Of a DNA stretch of 45,781 nt, positions 1 to 7,674 are shown piece by piece. Source of the stretch: an uncultured Candidatus Saccharibacteria bacterium. GTDB taxonomy: Bacteria; Patescibacteriota; UBA1384; JACPKC01. The translations under genes and the position numbers were made by a program. A model generated the notes under the pieces. That model did not search any database and was not told the DNA's origin. It saw only the letters and a list, made by a program, of their open reading frames with translations. How positions within the stretch are numbered: position 1 is the stretch's first letter; the number at the start of each line of letters is the position of its first letter. The stretch is from NCBI GenBank assembly GCA_964480605.1, contig CAYZPG010000001.1, positions 19,690 to 65,470 of the forward strand, read 5' to 3'.

Positions 1-102
1 CTGACGATGAAGCAGAGACTGACGGCGACGATATGGATAAGGATGAAGAGGCTGACGATGAAGCAGAGACTGACGGCGACGATATGGATAAGGATGAAGA
101 GG
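1..102. repeat. Perfect 51-bp tandem repeat (2 full units, followed by a diverged partial unit)
   Basis: nt 1-51 and 52-102 are identical. One unit is 17 codons of the acidic tail below. The array may continue upstream of the window. Confidence 0.9.
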
Positions 103-155
103 CTGATGAAGAGGACGGCGACGAAGGTGATGACGATGAAGAGGATGACGAGTAA
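3..155 (+). CDS. 3' end of a gene encoding a protein with a highly acidic repetitive C-terminal tail (5' end outside window)
   Basis: Frame 3 is open from the window edge to TAA 153-155. It translates to DDEAETDGDDMDKDEEA twice, then more D/E. An intrinsic terminator follows. Confidence 0.5.
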   Translation, partial: DDEAETDGDDMDKDEEADDEAETDGDDMDKDEEADEEDGDEGDDDEEDDE

Positions 156-169
156 GTCATCCTGACAAC

Positions 170-201
170 AAAAAAGCGCTCCGTTTCCGGGGCGCTTTTT
201 T
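170..201. terminator. Bidirectional rho-independent terminator
   Basis: A6-GCGCTCCG-TTTC-CGGGGCGC-T6. The 8-bp stem (one G.U) is flanked by an A-run and a T-run and sits between convergent genes. Confidence 0.75.
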
Positions 202-214
202 GTATTGAGCGAGC

Positions 215-376
215 TTAGGCTGCTGGCTCTTCGTTCGACATGTCGCCACCCTCGGCTGGGGCTGGCGTGTGCTCGGCACCCATTGCTGCGTGGGCATCCC
301 ACTCGCTCTTCTTGACCTCTTGGCCGCAGGCGCACTTTACCATTTCTTCGCCGCCGGCTGTGTTCATATCGTCCAT
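215..376 (-). CDS. Small hypothetical protein (53 aa, below ORF-track cutoff)
   Basis: ATG 376-374 is preceded by AGGGAGG 4 nt upstream. Product: MDDMNTAGGEEMVKCACGQEVKKSEWDAHAAMGAEHTPAPAEGGDMSNEEPAA. Stop 217-215 abuts the terminator. The overlapping + ORF 240-464 lacks an RBS. Confidence 0.5.
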   Translation of the reverse strand: MDDMNTAGGEEMVKCACGQEVKKSEWDAHAAMGAEHTPAPAEGGDMSNEEPAA

Positions 377-439
377 GTGGACCTCCCTACGAACTTGTTC
401 TTCTACTGGAACCAGCGTAGTCGTTGGAGGAAATAGCTG

Positions 440-889
440 TCAAGCGTGCGTTTGCTTCTGGTAGAGCCCTTGGAGCGTTGCCGTGGTGAGGATGTGGCCA
501 TCCATCGCGGCGCGGACAGCCGCAACGTCGCTGGTTGGCGCGAGGGAGAGCTGGCTCTTGAGGGCAACGAGTTCGAAGTTGTAGCGGTGTTCGCCCTGGT
601 GCGGGCACGGGGCAATGTAGCCCGGTCGGCCGGTGCTCGTCACTCCCTCAATGGCGCCGTTTGGGAGCGCTGCCGCATCGATCGTTGTCGTTGCAGGATC
701 AATATTCCAGACCAGCCAGTGGATGTAGTCTCCAACCGGCGAGTCAGGGTCAGTGACAATGAGTGCCAGGCTCTTAGCCTCGGCGGGTACAGCGGCGATC
801 TCAAGGACTGGACGTGTTGCGTCCCCTTGGCACGTGTACTGCTGCGGAATGGGTTGCTGGTGGGTGAAATTCGGGCTGGTGAGTTGCAT
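440..889 (-). CDS. YbhB/YbcL family Raf-kinase-inhibitor-like (PEBP) protein
   Basis: 149 aa with the typical PEBP core (LIVTDPDSP...HWLVWNI...GYIAPCPHQGEHRYNFELVAL). AAGGAGG lies 4 nt upstream of the ATG. Confidence 0.9.
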   Translation of the reverse strand: MQLTSPNFTHQQPIPQQYTCQGDATRPVLEIAAVPAEAKSLALIVTDPDSPVGDYIHWLVWNIDPATTTIDAAALPNGAIEGVTSTGRPGYIAPCPHQGEHRYNFELVALKSQLSLAPTSDVAAVRAAMDGHILTTATLQGLYQKQTHA

Positions 890-965
890 GATGCCTCCTT
901 GTAGACACGAACTCGGCTGGGCGAAGTGCCGCAGCCGAGCCGAGGTAGATGGGAATTGCTCCCTC

Positions 966-1526
966 TTATTTCATCGCGTCGATGATATCTTTCGCGCCCT
1001 CAACCGATGCGGCGAGGATGTCCGTCACTTCATGGACAGCCTCTTCGCCGATCTCACCCGCGCCATGCATGGCACCGAGCACAGCGGCCTTGGTGACGCC
1101 GCCAACATCGCCACCAACCTCTTTGACGGCGTCGATGGCGCCCGTGACTGCGTTCGAAGCAGCCTTGGCAACGTCAACACCGGCATCGGACGCCGAGGTG
1201 ACTGCGGTTGAGACAACTTGCGTGGTGGCACCAATCACGTCGCCACCAACTTCTGAGGCCCCTTTCAGGGTGCCGTGGACAATGCCATGGATGCCAGCTG
1301 CCGCATCGGCGCTGGTATCAGCGAGGCCGTGGATTGCGCCCTTGGTAACGTCGGTTGTCACCTCGATGAGTTTGCTGGCAACGTCTTCGCCACCCTGTAG
1401 GGCGCTCTTGACGGCACCGGAGGCTGCGCCAGCGGTTGCGCCGACAACGTCACCCGCTCCCTCAACGACTGATTTCACAGCATCGCGGGCAGAATTGGCT
1501 AGGCTGCTTAGTACGCCGTCAGACAT
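966..1526 (-). CDS. Hypothetical Gly/Ala/Val/Asp-rich protein built from 16 consecutive 11-residue repeats
   Basis: 186-aa ORF with GGAGGT 6 nt upstream of the ATG. Strict 11-aa periodicity (see findings). The antisense ORF 949-1569 has no RBS and a Pro/Ser/Thr-rich shadow composition. Confidence 0.8.
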   Translation of the reverse strand: MSDGVLSSLANSARDAVKSVVEGAGDVVGATAGAASGAVKSALQGGEDVASKLIEVTTDVTKGAIHGLADTSADAAAGIHGIVHGTLKGASEVGGDVIGATTQVVSTAVTSASDAGVDVAKAASNAVTGAIDAVKEVGGDVGGVTKAAVLGAMHGAGEIGEEAVHEVTDILAASVEGAKDIIDAMK

Positions 1527-1610
1527 GCACTACCTCCATCGAGTTCATTGGTTGATGCCCCTATCCTAGTACATCTGGTTCGACGACAACTTGTGGATAA
1601 CTTGTAATGA

Positions 1611-1943
1611 CTAGGCTAAGAGTTTGTCGATGTGGGCCATGAGCTCGGTCTTGTCGGTGAGGCCGATGGATTGGCCAGCCGGTTTGCCGTCTTTGAAGTA
1701 GATCGTGGTTGGAATGCTCATCACCCCGTACTGCTGTGAGACCGTAGGATGCTCATCGACGTTCAGTTTGAGAATGTCGACCTTGTCTGCGTAGTGGGCG
1801 GCGACTTCGTCGAACGTTGGGGCCATGGCAATGCAAGGGCCGCACCATTCGGCCCAGAAGTCGACAACGACGGGTTTGGTTTTTGAGGCATCAAGCACCT
1901 TGGCTTGGAAGTCGGTAGCGGTAACGGCTGCAACATTCGACAT
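1611..1943 (-). CDS. trxA: Thioredoxin
   Basis: 110 aa with the WCGPC active site and the canonical thioredoxin length and fold pattern. AAGGAG RBS. Confidence 0.95.
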   Translation of the reverse strand: MSNVAAVTATDFQAKVLDASKTKPVVVDFWAEWCGPCIAMAPTFDEVAAHYADKVDILKLNVDEHPTVSQQYGVMSIPTTIYFKDGKPAGQSIGLTDKTELMAHIDKLLA

Positions 1944-1991
1944 AGGGCTCCTTGGATTCGCTATGAATGCACACTATAGACAACTTTCTCT

Positions 1992-2049
1992 GTAGGGGTA
2001 AGGGGACCTACTGGCGAAGCGCTCCCCTTACCCCTACGACCCCATCCCC
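1992..2049 (-). promoter_or_regulatory. Perfect 15-bp inverted repeat overlapping a four-run G4 motif (minus strand) between nrdJ and trxA
   Basis: GTAGGGGTAAGGGGA (1992-2006) and TCCCCTTACCCCTAC (2023-2037) flank a 16-nt loop. The minus strand reads GGGG-AT-GGGG-TCGTA-GGGG-TAA-GGGG (2024-2049). No U-run follows. Confidence 0.4.
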
Positions 2050-2087
2050 TTGCACGCTTAAATCTCGCTTCGCTCAAGAAGAAATTT

Positions 2088-4760
2088 CTATGAGCACTTG
2101 GAGTAGCCGCAGGAGGCGCAGAGCATGCAGCCTTCCGTCAGCTGGAGCATGGCACCGCACTCTGGGCAGGCCGGGGCGATGCCGATATTGGCGAGACTGG
2201 GTGTTGGAGCCGGGGCCGTAGCAATAGCCGTCGCCACGGCGGCTTGCGCTTGTTGCTGTTGGAGCTCGGTGGCTACGGCATTCAACTGGACGCTTGGCGC
2301 TGGTTGAGGCGGCAGTGCTGAGCCTTGCGTACCCACGGGCTGTGTGGCTGCAACGGGCTGCTCGCCGTGGAACTGAAGCTCCAGCGTCGGTTGGTTCTTC
2401 GCGGCGTGGCGGGCAATCACGCGGGCGAGGGCGTCGGGAATCGAGAGGATCATCGTGCCGTCGCTCCAAATCGGGCTGGGGCCGCGGATACCTTTCAGTT
2501 GGTCGATGACCTCGTTGACACTGATGCCGGAACGAAGCGCCAGCGAGGCAAGTCGTGAGATCGCCTCGGTTTTCGCTGCGAAGAAGCCGCCGGTTTTGCC
2601 AAGGGTGGTGAAGATCTCGTACGGCTGCCCCTCTTCGTCGTCATTGATAGTGGCGTACATGGTGCCGTACGCCGTCGTCATTTTGTACGTGGTGCCACGC
2701 ATCATCTCGGGCCGCTTGCGGGGCACGATGCCAACAACCGCTGGTGCTGCCGCCGCCTGGCCCTGCTTGGCCAAGGCGTCGTTGTCGTTCGTCTTCTCCT
2801 CGGATTTCAGGTTGAGCACTTGGACGTCGCGGGAGCCGTCGCGGTAGACCGTTCCGCCCTTGCAGCCCAGGTCGTACAGCAATTGGTAGAGTTCGCCAAC
2901 CTGCTCGCGGGTGTAGTTGTTTGGGACGTTGCAGGTCTTCGAGATCGAGGAATCAATCCAACGCTGGATCGTGGCTTGGACGCTAATGTGCTCCTGTGGC
3001 GACAGGTCCATGGCGGTGACGAAGTACGCTGGTACGGGCTGGTTCGGATGCTCGTTGAGCCACTCGTCGTAGACTGCGACCCGCTCCTCGTGGACGCCCA
3101 AGCGGGATTTTCGTTGGTAGGTCCAGTGGTAGAACGGCTCGATGCCGGTCGAGGTGCCAACCATGGTACCGATCGTGCCAGTCGGGGCTTGCGTGTTCAG
3201 GGTAACGTTGCGGAGCCCATGCTTCTTGATCGCGTCACGGACGCGCTCCGGAAGCATCTGGACGAAGCCGGTTTTGAGGTGCTTCTTCGCATTGAACTTC
3301 GGGAACGAGCCTTTCTCCTTGGCAATCTCGACGCTCATGAGGTAGCACTCGGTGCTGAAAAATTCGTACAGCCGGTCGATGAAGGCATTCCCCTCTTCGC
3401 TGCCGTAGCGGATGCCGAGCTTGATCATCATTTCGGCCAAGCCGATGCTGTTTAAGCCCACGCGGCGCTCCGACTTCTGCTGCTGCTCGTTCTCTTCGAA
3501 GAAGTACGGTGTGGCATCGATCACGTTGTCGAGGAATCGCGTCGCGGAGCGGATGGTCTTCCCGAGCTCCTCCCACCGCACGTCTTTCTTCTCCTCGTCG
3601 ACGAACGCGGCGAAGTTGACCGAGCCGAGGTTGCACACGCCCCAGGCAGGCAGGCCCTGCTCCCCGCACGGGTTCGTGCAGAGGATTGGCGCGAAGTAGC
3701 TCGACGGGCTCATCTTGTTGTAGCGGTCCATGAAGAAGAGGCCAGGTTCGGCCGAGGCCCAGGCTGAATCGACGATTTTCTCCCACAGCTCCTTGGCGCG
3801 GATCGTCTTGTAGGCCACGACCTTCTTCCCATGCTTCTTCCAGGTATCGAGGTTACCGTCCCAGAGTTCGTCGTAGTCCGGATCGGTACGGTCTGGGAAG
3901 ACCATCGTCCAGTCGCCATCGGCTTTCACCGCGTCCATGAAGTCGTCGGTGATACCGACCGAGATGTTGGCGTTCGTGATTTTGCCCATCTCGGTTTTTG
4001 AGGTGATGAACTCAACCACGTCCGGGTGCCAGACATTGAGGATGAGCATGAGGGCGCCGCGTCGGGAGCCGCCCTGCTCGATGAGGCCGGTGACGAAGCT
4101 GTAGAGCGAACCCCAGCTCACCGAGCCTGAGCTGCGGCCATTGACCCCCTTCACGTAGTCGTACTTGGGCCGGAGGCTGGAAAGGTTGATGCCCACTCCC
4201 CCGCCGCGCGACATGATTTCGGCCATGCGGTTCAAGGTTTCCATAATACCGCCGCGTGAGTCTTTCGGGCTTGGGATGACGTAGCAGTTGTAGTAAGTCA
4301 GGGCTTGGGCGGTGCCGGCGCCAGTCAGGATCCGGCCGGCCGGAACGAACTTCCAATCGTTGAGGATGTCGGCAAACTCGGCCTCCCACTTCTTTTTGAG
4401 GCGCGGTGTCTTCTCGACCGAGGCGATCCCCTTGGCAATCCGCTGGTGCATTTGTGCGGGGTCCGTTTCGAGCGGCTTGTCGATGTGCTCAATGGCCCGC
4501 GTTACCTCTGACCCATCGCCACGGAGCCGTACGGTGACCTGGCCCTGGCTGATGTGTGTGACGATGCCAATCTCGCGCTGGCTGGTTTCCAAGTCGGTGC
4601 AGACGACTACGACGTCGCCGACGCCGAGTGTTTCTTTCTTCCCATCTTTCAGGGCGTAGCGATCGAGGAAGATTTTGTAGCCGATTTCATTCAGCTTGTT
4701 GGTTGCTGTGGTTGCTGGATCGTAACTCGTTCCTTGGGTGCGGGCCATGCTCCTCCTCAT
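2088..4760 (-). CDS. nrdJ: Adenosylcobalamin-dependent (class II) ribonucleotide reductase
   Basis: 890 aa with class II RNR motifs (TNPCGEQ, CNLGS, APTGTIG) and a C-terminal CxxC...CxxC zinc ribbon. An alternative start at 4748 (MARTQG) sits directly after AGGAGGAG. Confidence 0.95.
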   Translation of the reverse strand: MRRSMARTQGTSYDPATTATNKLNEIGYKIFLDRYALKDGKKETLGVGDVVVVCTDLETSQREIGIVTHISQGQVTVRLRGDGSEVTRAIEHIDKPLETDPAQMHQRIAKGIASVEKTPRLKKKWEAEFADILNDWKFVPAGRILTGAGTAQALTYYNCYVIPSPKDSRGGIMETLNRMAEIMSRGGGVGINLSSLRPKYDYVKGVNGRSSGSVSWGSLYSFVTGLIEQGGSRRGALMLILNVWHPDVVEFITSKTEMGKITNANISVGITDDFMDAVKADGDWTMVFPDRTDPDYDELWDGNLDTWKKHGKKVVAYKTIRAKELWEKIVDSAWASAEPGLFFMDRYNKMSPSSYFAPILCTNPCGEQGLPAWGVCNLGSVNFAAFVDEEKKDVRWEELGKTIRSATRFLDNVIDATPYFFEENEQQQKSERRVGLNSIGLAEMMIKLGIRYGSEEGNAFIDRLYEFFSTECYLMSVEIAKEKGSFPKFNAKKHLKTGFVQMLPERVRDAIKKHGLRNVTLNTQAPTGTIGTMVGTSTGIEPFYHWTYQRKSRLGVHEERVAVYDEWLNEHPNQPVPAYFVTAMDLSPQEHISVQATIQRWIDSSISKTCNVPNNYTREQVGELYQLLYDLGCKGGTVYRDGSRDVQVLNLKSEEKTNDNDALAKQGQAAAAPAVVGIVPRKRPEMMRGTTYKMTTAYGTMYATINDDEEGQPYEIFTTLGKTGGFFAAKTEAISRLASLALRSGISVNEVIDQLKGIRGPSPIWSDGTMILSIPDALARVIARHAAKNQPTLELQFHGEQPVAATQPVGTQGSALPPQPAPSVQLNAVATELQQQQAQAAVATAIATAPAPTPSLANIGIAPACPECGAMLQLTEGCMLCASCGYSKCS

Positions 4761-4793
4761 GAATGGATGCGGTGTGGTGCGGAATCGCTTTCT

Positions 4794-5273
4794 TTACGTA
4801 GTGTTCTGCGACGTCATCGTCTCTTCCTCTGTTTGTAGGATCGACTGCAGCTCCTGCTCGAAGGCCTCTAGGTTGTCGAACGAACGGTAGACCGAGGCAA
4901 AGCGCAGGTAGGCGATCGGGTCGAGCGGCTTCAGGTGCTCGAGCACCATGCCGCCGATTCGTTGCGACGACACCTCGGCTTTGCAGCTGGCGTATAGATC
5001 GCGTTCGATGGCGTCGGCAATCACCTCGGCCTGCGCGAGTACGAGCGGCCGCTTTTCCGATGCTAGGCAGATGCCGGCACGGAGCTTCTCTTTTGAGAAC
5101 GGCTGCTTGGTACCGTTGCGCTTCAGTACTAGCAAGTGCAGAACCTCGATCCGTTCAAACGTGGTAAAGCGGAACTGGCAGGCCATGCACTCGCGACGGC
5201 GCCGGATCGCGGCCTCGTCTTCGCGCGAGTCGATTACCCTGGTTTCACCATTGTGGCAGTCAGGACAGGTCAT
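4794..5273 (-). CDS. nrdR: Transcriptional repressor NrdR
   Basis: MTCPDCHNGETRVIDSR... is the N-terminal zinc ribbon, followed by an ATP-cone. The ORF-track start at 5324 would run through the NrdR boxes, so the M18 start at 5273 is preferred. Confidence 0.95.
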   Translation of the reverse strand: MTCPDCHNGETRVIDSREDEAAIRRRRECMACQFRFTTFERIEVLHLLVLKRNGTKQPFSKEKLRAGICLASEKRPLVLAQAEVIADAIERDLYASCKAEVSSQRIGGMVLEHLKPLDPIAYLRFASVYRSFDNLEAFEQELQSILQTEEETMTSQNTT

Positions 5274-5301
5274 AGGCTCAAAAAAGAAAGTCTGGGTAAA
5301 A

Positions 5302-5348
5302 CCCAAGATCTTGTGGTACTTCACGCAGTTTAACCACTACGGCTTGTG
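5302..5348 (-). promoter_or_regulatory. Tandem NrdR-box-like palindromes upstream of nrdR-nrdJ
   Basis: In gene orientation, CACAAGCCGTAGTG (5335-5348) and CACAAGATCTTGGG (5302-5315). They match the CACwAtATaTwGTG type at about 10/14 and 11/14, with centres about 33 bp apart. Confidence 0.6.
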
Positions 5349-5383
5349 GTGTCTTGTGGACAAGCACTCATTCTCGAAGGCAC

Positions 5384-5410
5384 GAAAAAGACGCCCGTTA
5401 GGGGCGTCTT
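5384..5410 (-). terminator. Rho-independent terminator after the Zn-ribbon ORF
   Basis: On the minus strand, AAGACGCCC-loop-GGGCGTCTT is followed by TTTTT. The 9-bp stem has the ORF stop codon in its loop. This separates the upstream genes from the nrdR promoter. Confidence 0.7.
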
Positions 5411-5691
5411 GTGGAGCGTTCTTTGAGTATTGCGAGGCAGTGCTCGCAGGTCACGTTCGTTTCATCGATCGTGAAGCGTTGCAGGTCTTTCACGCGCTTC
5501 AGGCAGGGAGAGAAGCCGTCCTCTTGTAGGTAGTGGGTCAAGAACCGCTTCTGGGTTTTTGCCGGTTTCGGGGTGGCGGCAACAGTGAACCGGCGTGCGG
5601 GATTCTTCAGGCGGCACGAGGGGCAAAGGCCGCGTCGCAGCCATTTCTCATCCCACACAACGCTGCAGTCGGTGCACGCGATCCGTGCCAC
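5398..5691 (-). CDS. Hypothetical Cys-rich (zinc-ribbon-like) basic protein
   Basis: 97 aa with CTDC...CPSC and a second C...CEHC pair. Its GTG start shares one base with the TAG of the upstream ORF (TAGTG). Confidence 0.6.
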   Translation of the reverse strand: MARIACTDCSVVWDEKWLRRGLCPSCRLKNPARRFTVAATPKPAKTQKRFLTHYLQEDGFSPCLKRVKDLQRFTIDETNVTCEHCLAILKERSTRRP

Positions 5692-6044
5692 TAGTCGTCA
5701 GGTCCTGTCTCGGGATTGCGCTCCATAAGTTGCCGGAGCATCTCTTCGCGGACAGCTTCCTTGAATGTAGTATCGAACAACTTGCCTGTGATCTCGGAAA
5801 GGTGAAATTGCATCAAGTTGATCATCTGTTGCGGCATGCCGAATTCGGCAGGTGAGGCTCGCACGTCTGCGCAGGCCCGGTCGAAGGCGATCAGGAAAAG
5901 CTGCGGGGTTGTCGTGGGTCCTACATGGTTGCCAAGGAGTTTCAGGAATCGATGGACCAGCGACGGATACTCTGGAAAGGCCAGTGAAGCGGTCGCAATC
6001 CGTTCCTTGGCGACCGTGGTCGACACCGCATCGTCATCAGCCAT
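5691..6044 (-). CDS. Hypothetical protein
   Basis: 117-aa ORF co-oriented with and coupled to the downstream Zn-ribbon ORF. No family recognised. Confidence 0.55.
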   Translation of the reverse strand: MADDDAVSTTVAKERIATASLAFPEYPSLVHRFLKLLGNHVGPTTTPQLFLIAFDRACADVRASPAEFGMPQQMINLMQFHLSEITGKLFDTTFKEAVREEMLRQLMERNPETGPDD

Positions 6045-6131
6045 TGTTAAAATACCTCCTGTACGATTTTCTTCCTTGCAGAAGAACTGCCGATGGTAGC
6101 AGTTCTTGCGGACAGATTCAAGGACGATTGG

Positions 6132-6425
6132 TTAGGGTCGAGCGGCGGCGAGGACGCCGACGGGTTCTTCGAGCGCGCGGACGCGGGCTAGGATCAAATC
6201 ATCGTCCTCGCGGCGCTGGATGTTGGCATCACGAATCTCAAGTGTCAGCCGTTCTTCGGAATCGCGCATGATGTCTCGGGTGTACTGTCGTTCAGTCACG
6301 AACCGCTCATCAATATATGCGAGAATTGCTTCCCGCTCTTCCGTAAGCCGCTTATTGAAATACTCGCGCTCTTCGTAGGAGAGTACGCGGAGTTGCTCGA
6401 GTTGTGTCTCAGAGAATCCCGCCAT
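6132..6425 (-). CDS. Hypothetical charged coiled-coil-type protein immediately downstream of ftsZ
   Basis: Start MAGFSE at 6425 is preceded by AAGGGGGTGG. An extended -10-like TGGTATAGT (6448-6456) lies in the gap after ftsZ. The ORF-track start at 6449 overlaps that element. Confidence 0.6.
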   Translation of the reverse strand: MAGFSETQLEQLRVLSYEEREYFNKRLTEEREAILAYIDERFVTERQYTRDIMRDSEERLTLEIRDANIQRREDDDLILARVRALEEPVGVLAAARP

Positions 6426-6456
6426 GCCACCCCCTTCTAGTGAATCCACTATACCA

Positions 6457-7674
6457 TTACTTCAATTTGCGGCGGATGAAGGCTGGTACCTCTAGCTCGT
6501 CGTCTTCCATCTGGGGGGCGATCTCGTGCTGCGGGGGCACGGGCTGTTGGATTGGTTGGTAGCTCGGGTAGGCTGGCTGCTGCGGTTCGGGCTGTGGTTG
6601 CGGGTAGCCGAAGCCACGGGTGAGCGCGCCAAGGCGGGGCTGGGCAACTGGGATGGGCTGCTCAATCCGAGCCGCCTGCTTTTGGCGTCGTTCCGCGCCG
6701 GTTTCGTCGAAGCCGGTGGCAACGACGGTGATTTTCACCTCGCCGGCCATCGCATCGTCGATGATGGCACCGAAGATAATGTTGGCATCGGCGTCAGCCG
6801 CTTCGGTAATCGTCTTGGCGGCTTCATCGATTTCGTACATGCCAAGGTCAGGACCGCCCGTAATATTGAAGAGAATGCCGCGGGCGCCCTCGATTGACAG
6901 CTCAAGTAATGGTGAGTCGATGGCTGCCTTGGCGGCTTCGACGGCACGGTTGTCGCCGGTACCGAAGCCAATACCCATGAGCGCCGAGCCAGCGTCTTGC
7001 ATGATGGTGCGGACATCCGCGAAGTCGACGTTGATAATGCCGTGTAGGGTAATGAGGTCGGAAATACCTTGGACGCCTTGGCGTAGGACGTCGTCGACAA
7101 TACCAAAGGCATCCATGAGCGAGGTCTTCTTGTCGATCACTTGGAGGAGCCGGTCATTCGGAATGACGATCAAGGTGTCAACTTTGTCCTTGAGTTCCTG
7201 GATGCCAAGTTCGGCTACCTTGCGGCGGCGGGCACCCTCGAATGCAAACGGCTTGGTGACGACGCCGACCGTGAGTGCACCGAGCTCCTTGGCGATCTGG
7301 GCCACGAGCGGCCCGCAACCAGTGCCGGTGCCACCGCCCATGCCGCAGGTGACGAAGACCATGTCGGCCCCTTTGAGGACCTCGTAGATCTCGTCCTTGT
7401 TCTCCTCGGCTGATTTCCGGCCAACCTCAACGTCGCCGCCGGCACCAAGGCCGCCGCTCGTCTCTTTGCCAATTTGCACCTTCACCGGTGCTTGGTTGTT
7501 CAATAATGCCTGGGAGTCAGTGTTGACCGCGACAAACTCAATGCCTTTCACCTTGGCACTGATCATCCGGTTGACAGCATTGCAGCCTGATCCGCCGCAG
7601 CCAACAACCTTGATAATCGCGAATGACTCGATGTCACTCGAGCGTTCCATCGGAGGGGCTCCTCGTTGCATCAT
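6457..7674 (-). CDS. ftsZ: Cell division protein FtsZ
   Basis: [13 protein letters not shown] and GGGTGTG tubulin signatures, with a C-terminal [13 protein letters not shown] peptide. ATG 7674 overlaps the ftsA stop (ATGA). An alternative start at 7650 (MERSSD) follows GAGGAG. Confidence 0.95.
   Translation of the reverse strand: MMQRGAPPMERSSDIESFAIIKVVGCGGSGCNAVNRMISAKVKGIEFVAVNTDSQALLNNQAPVKVQIGKETSGGLGAGGDVEVGRKSAEENKDEIYEVLKGADMVFVTCGMGGGTGTGCGPLVAQIAKELGALTVGVVTKPFAFEGARRRKVAELGIQELKDKVDTLIVIPNDRLLQVIDKKTSLMDAFGIVDDVLRQGVQGISDLITLHGIINVDFADVRTIMQDAGSALMGIGFGTGDNRAVEAAKAAIDSPLLELSIEGARGILFNITGGPDLGMYEIDEAAKTITEAADADANIIFGAIIDDAMAGEVKITVVATGFDETGAERRQKQAARIEQPIPVAQPRLGALTRGFGYPQPQPEPQQPAYPSYQPIQQPVPPQHEIAPQMEDDELEVPAFIRRKLK

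Noticed and set aside
240-464. 74-aa plus-strand ORF from the ORF track.
   Set aside because: It has no RBS and a shadow-like composition. The opposite strand carries a 53-aa ORF with a strong AGGGAGG site ending at the bidirectional terminator.
1592-1600. Perfect DnaA box TTATCCACA (minus strand), plus 8/9 boxes at 24099-24107 and 43449-43457. Considered as a possible oriC.
   Set aside because: These are single, widely separated boxes with no AT-rich unwinding element and no dnaA or dnaN nearby. One perfect 9-mer in about 92 kb of two-strand sequence is not far from chance expectation.
2088-4793. Checked NrdJ for inteins and the nrdR-nrdJ junction for a cobalamin riboswitch.
   Set aside because: The protein is collinear with class II RNRs, with no Cys/Ser...HN-type insertion. 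The intergenic gap is only about 35-45 nt, too short for a riboswitch.
6620-7387. 255-aa plus-strand ORF antisense to ftsZ. Similar long antisense ORFs occur at 949-1569, 18342-19307, 26643-27533 and elsewhere.
   Set aside because: These are shadow ORFs typical of GC-rich coding DNA. They have Pro/Ser/Ala/Arg-rich nonsense composition and no RBS, and the opposite strand encodes unmistakable conserved proteins.
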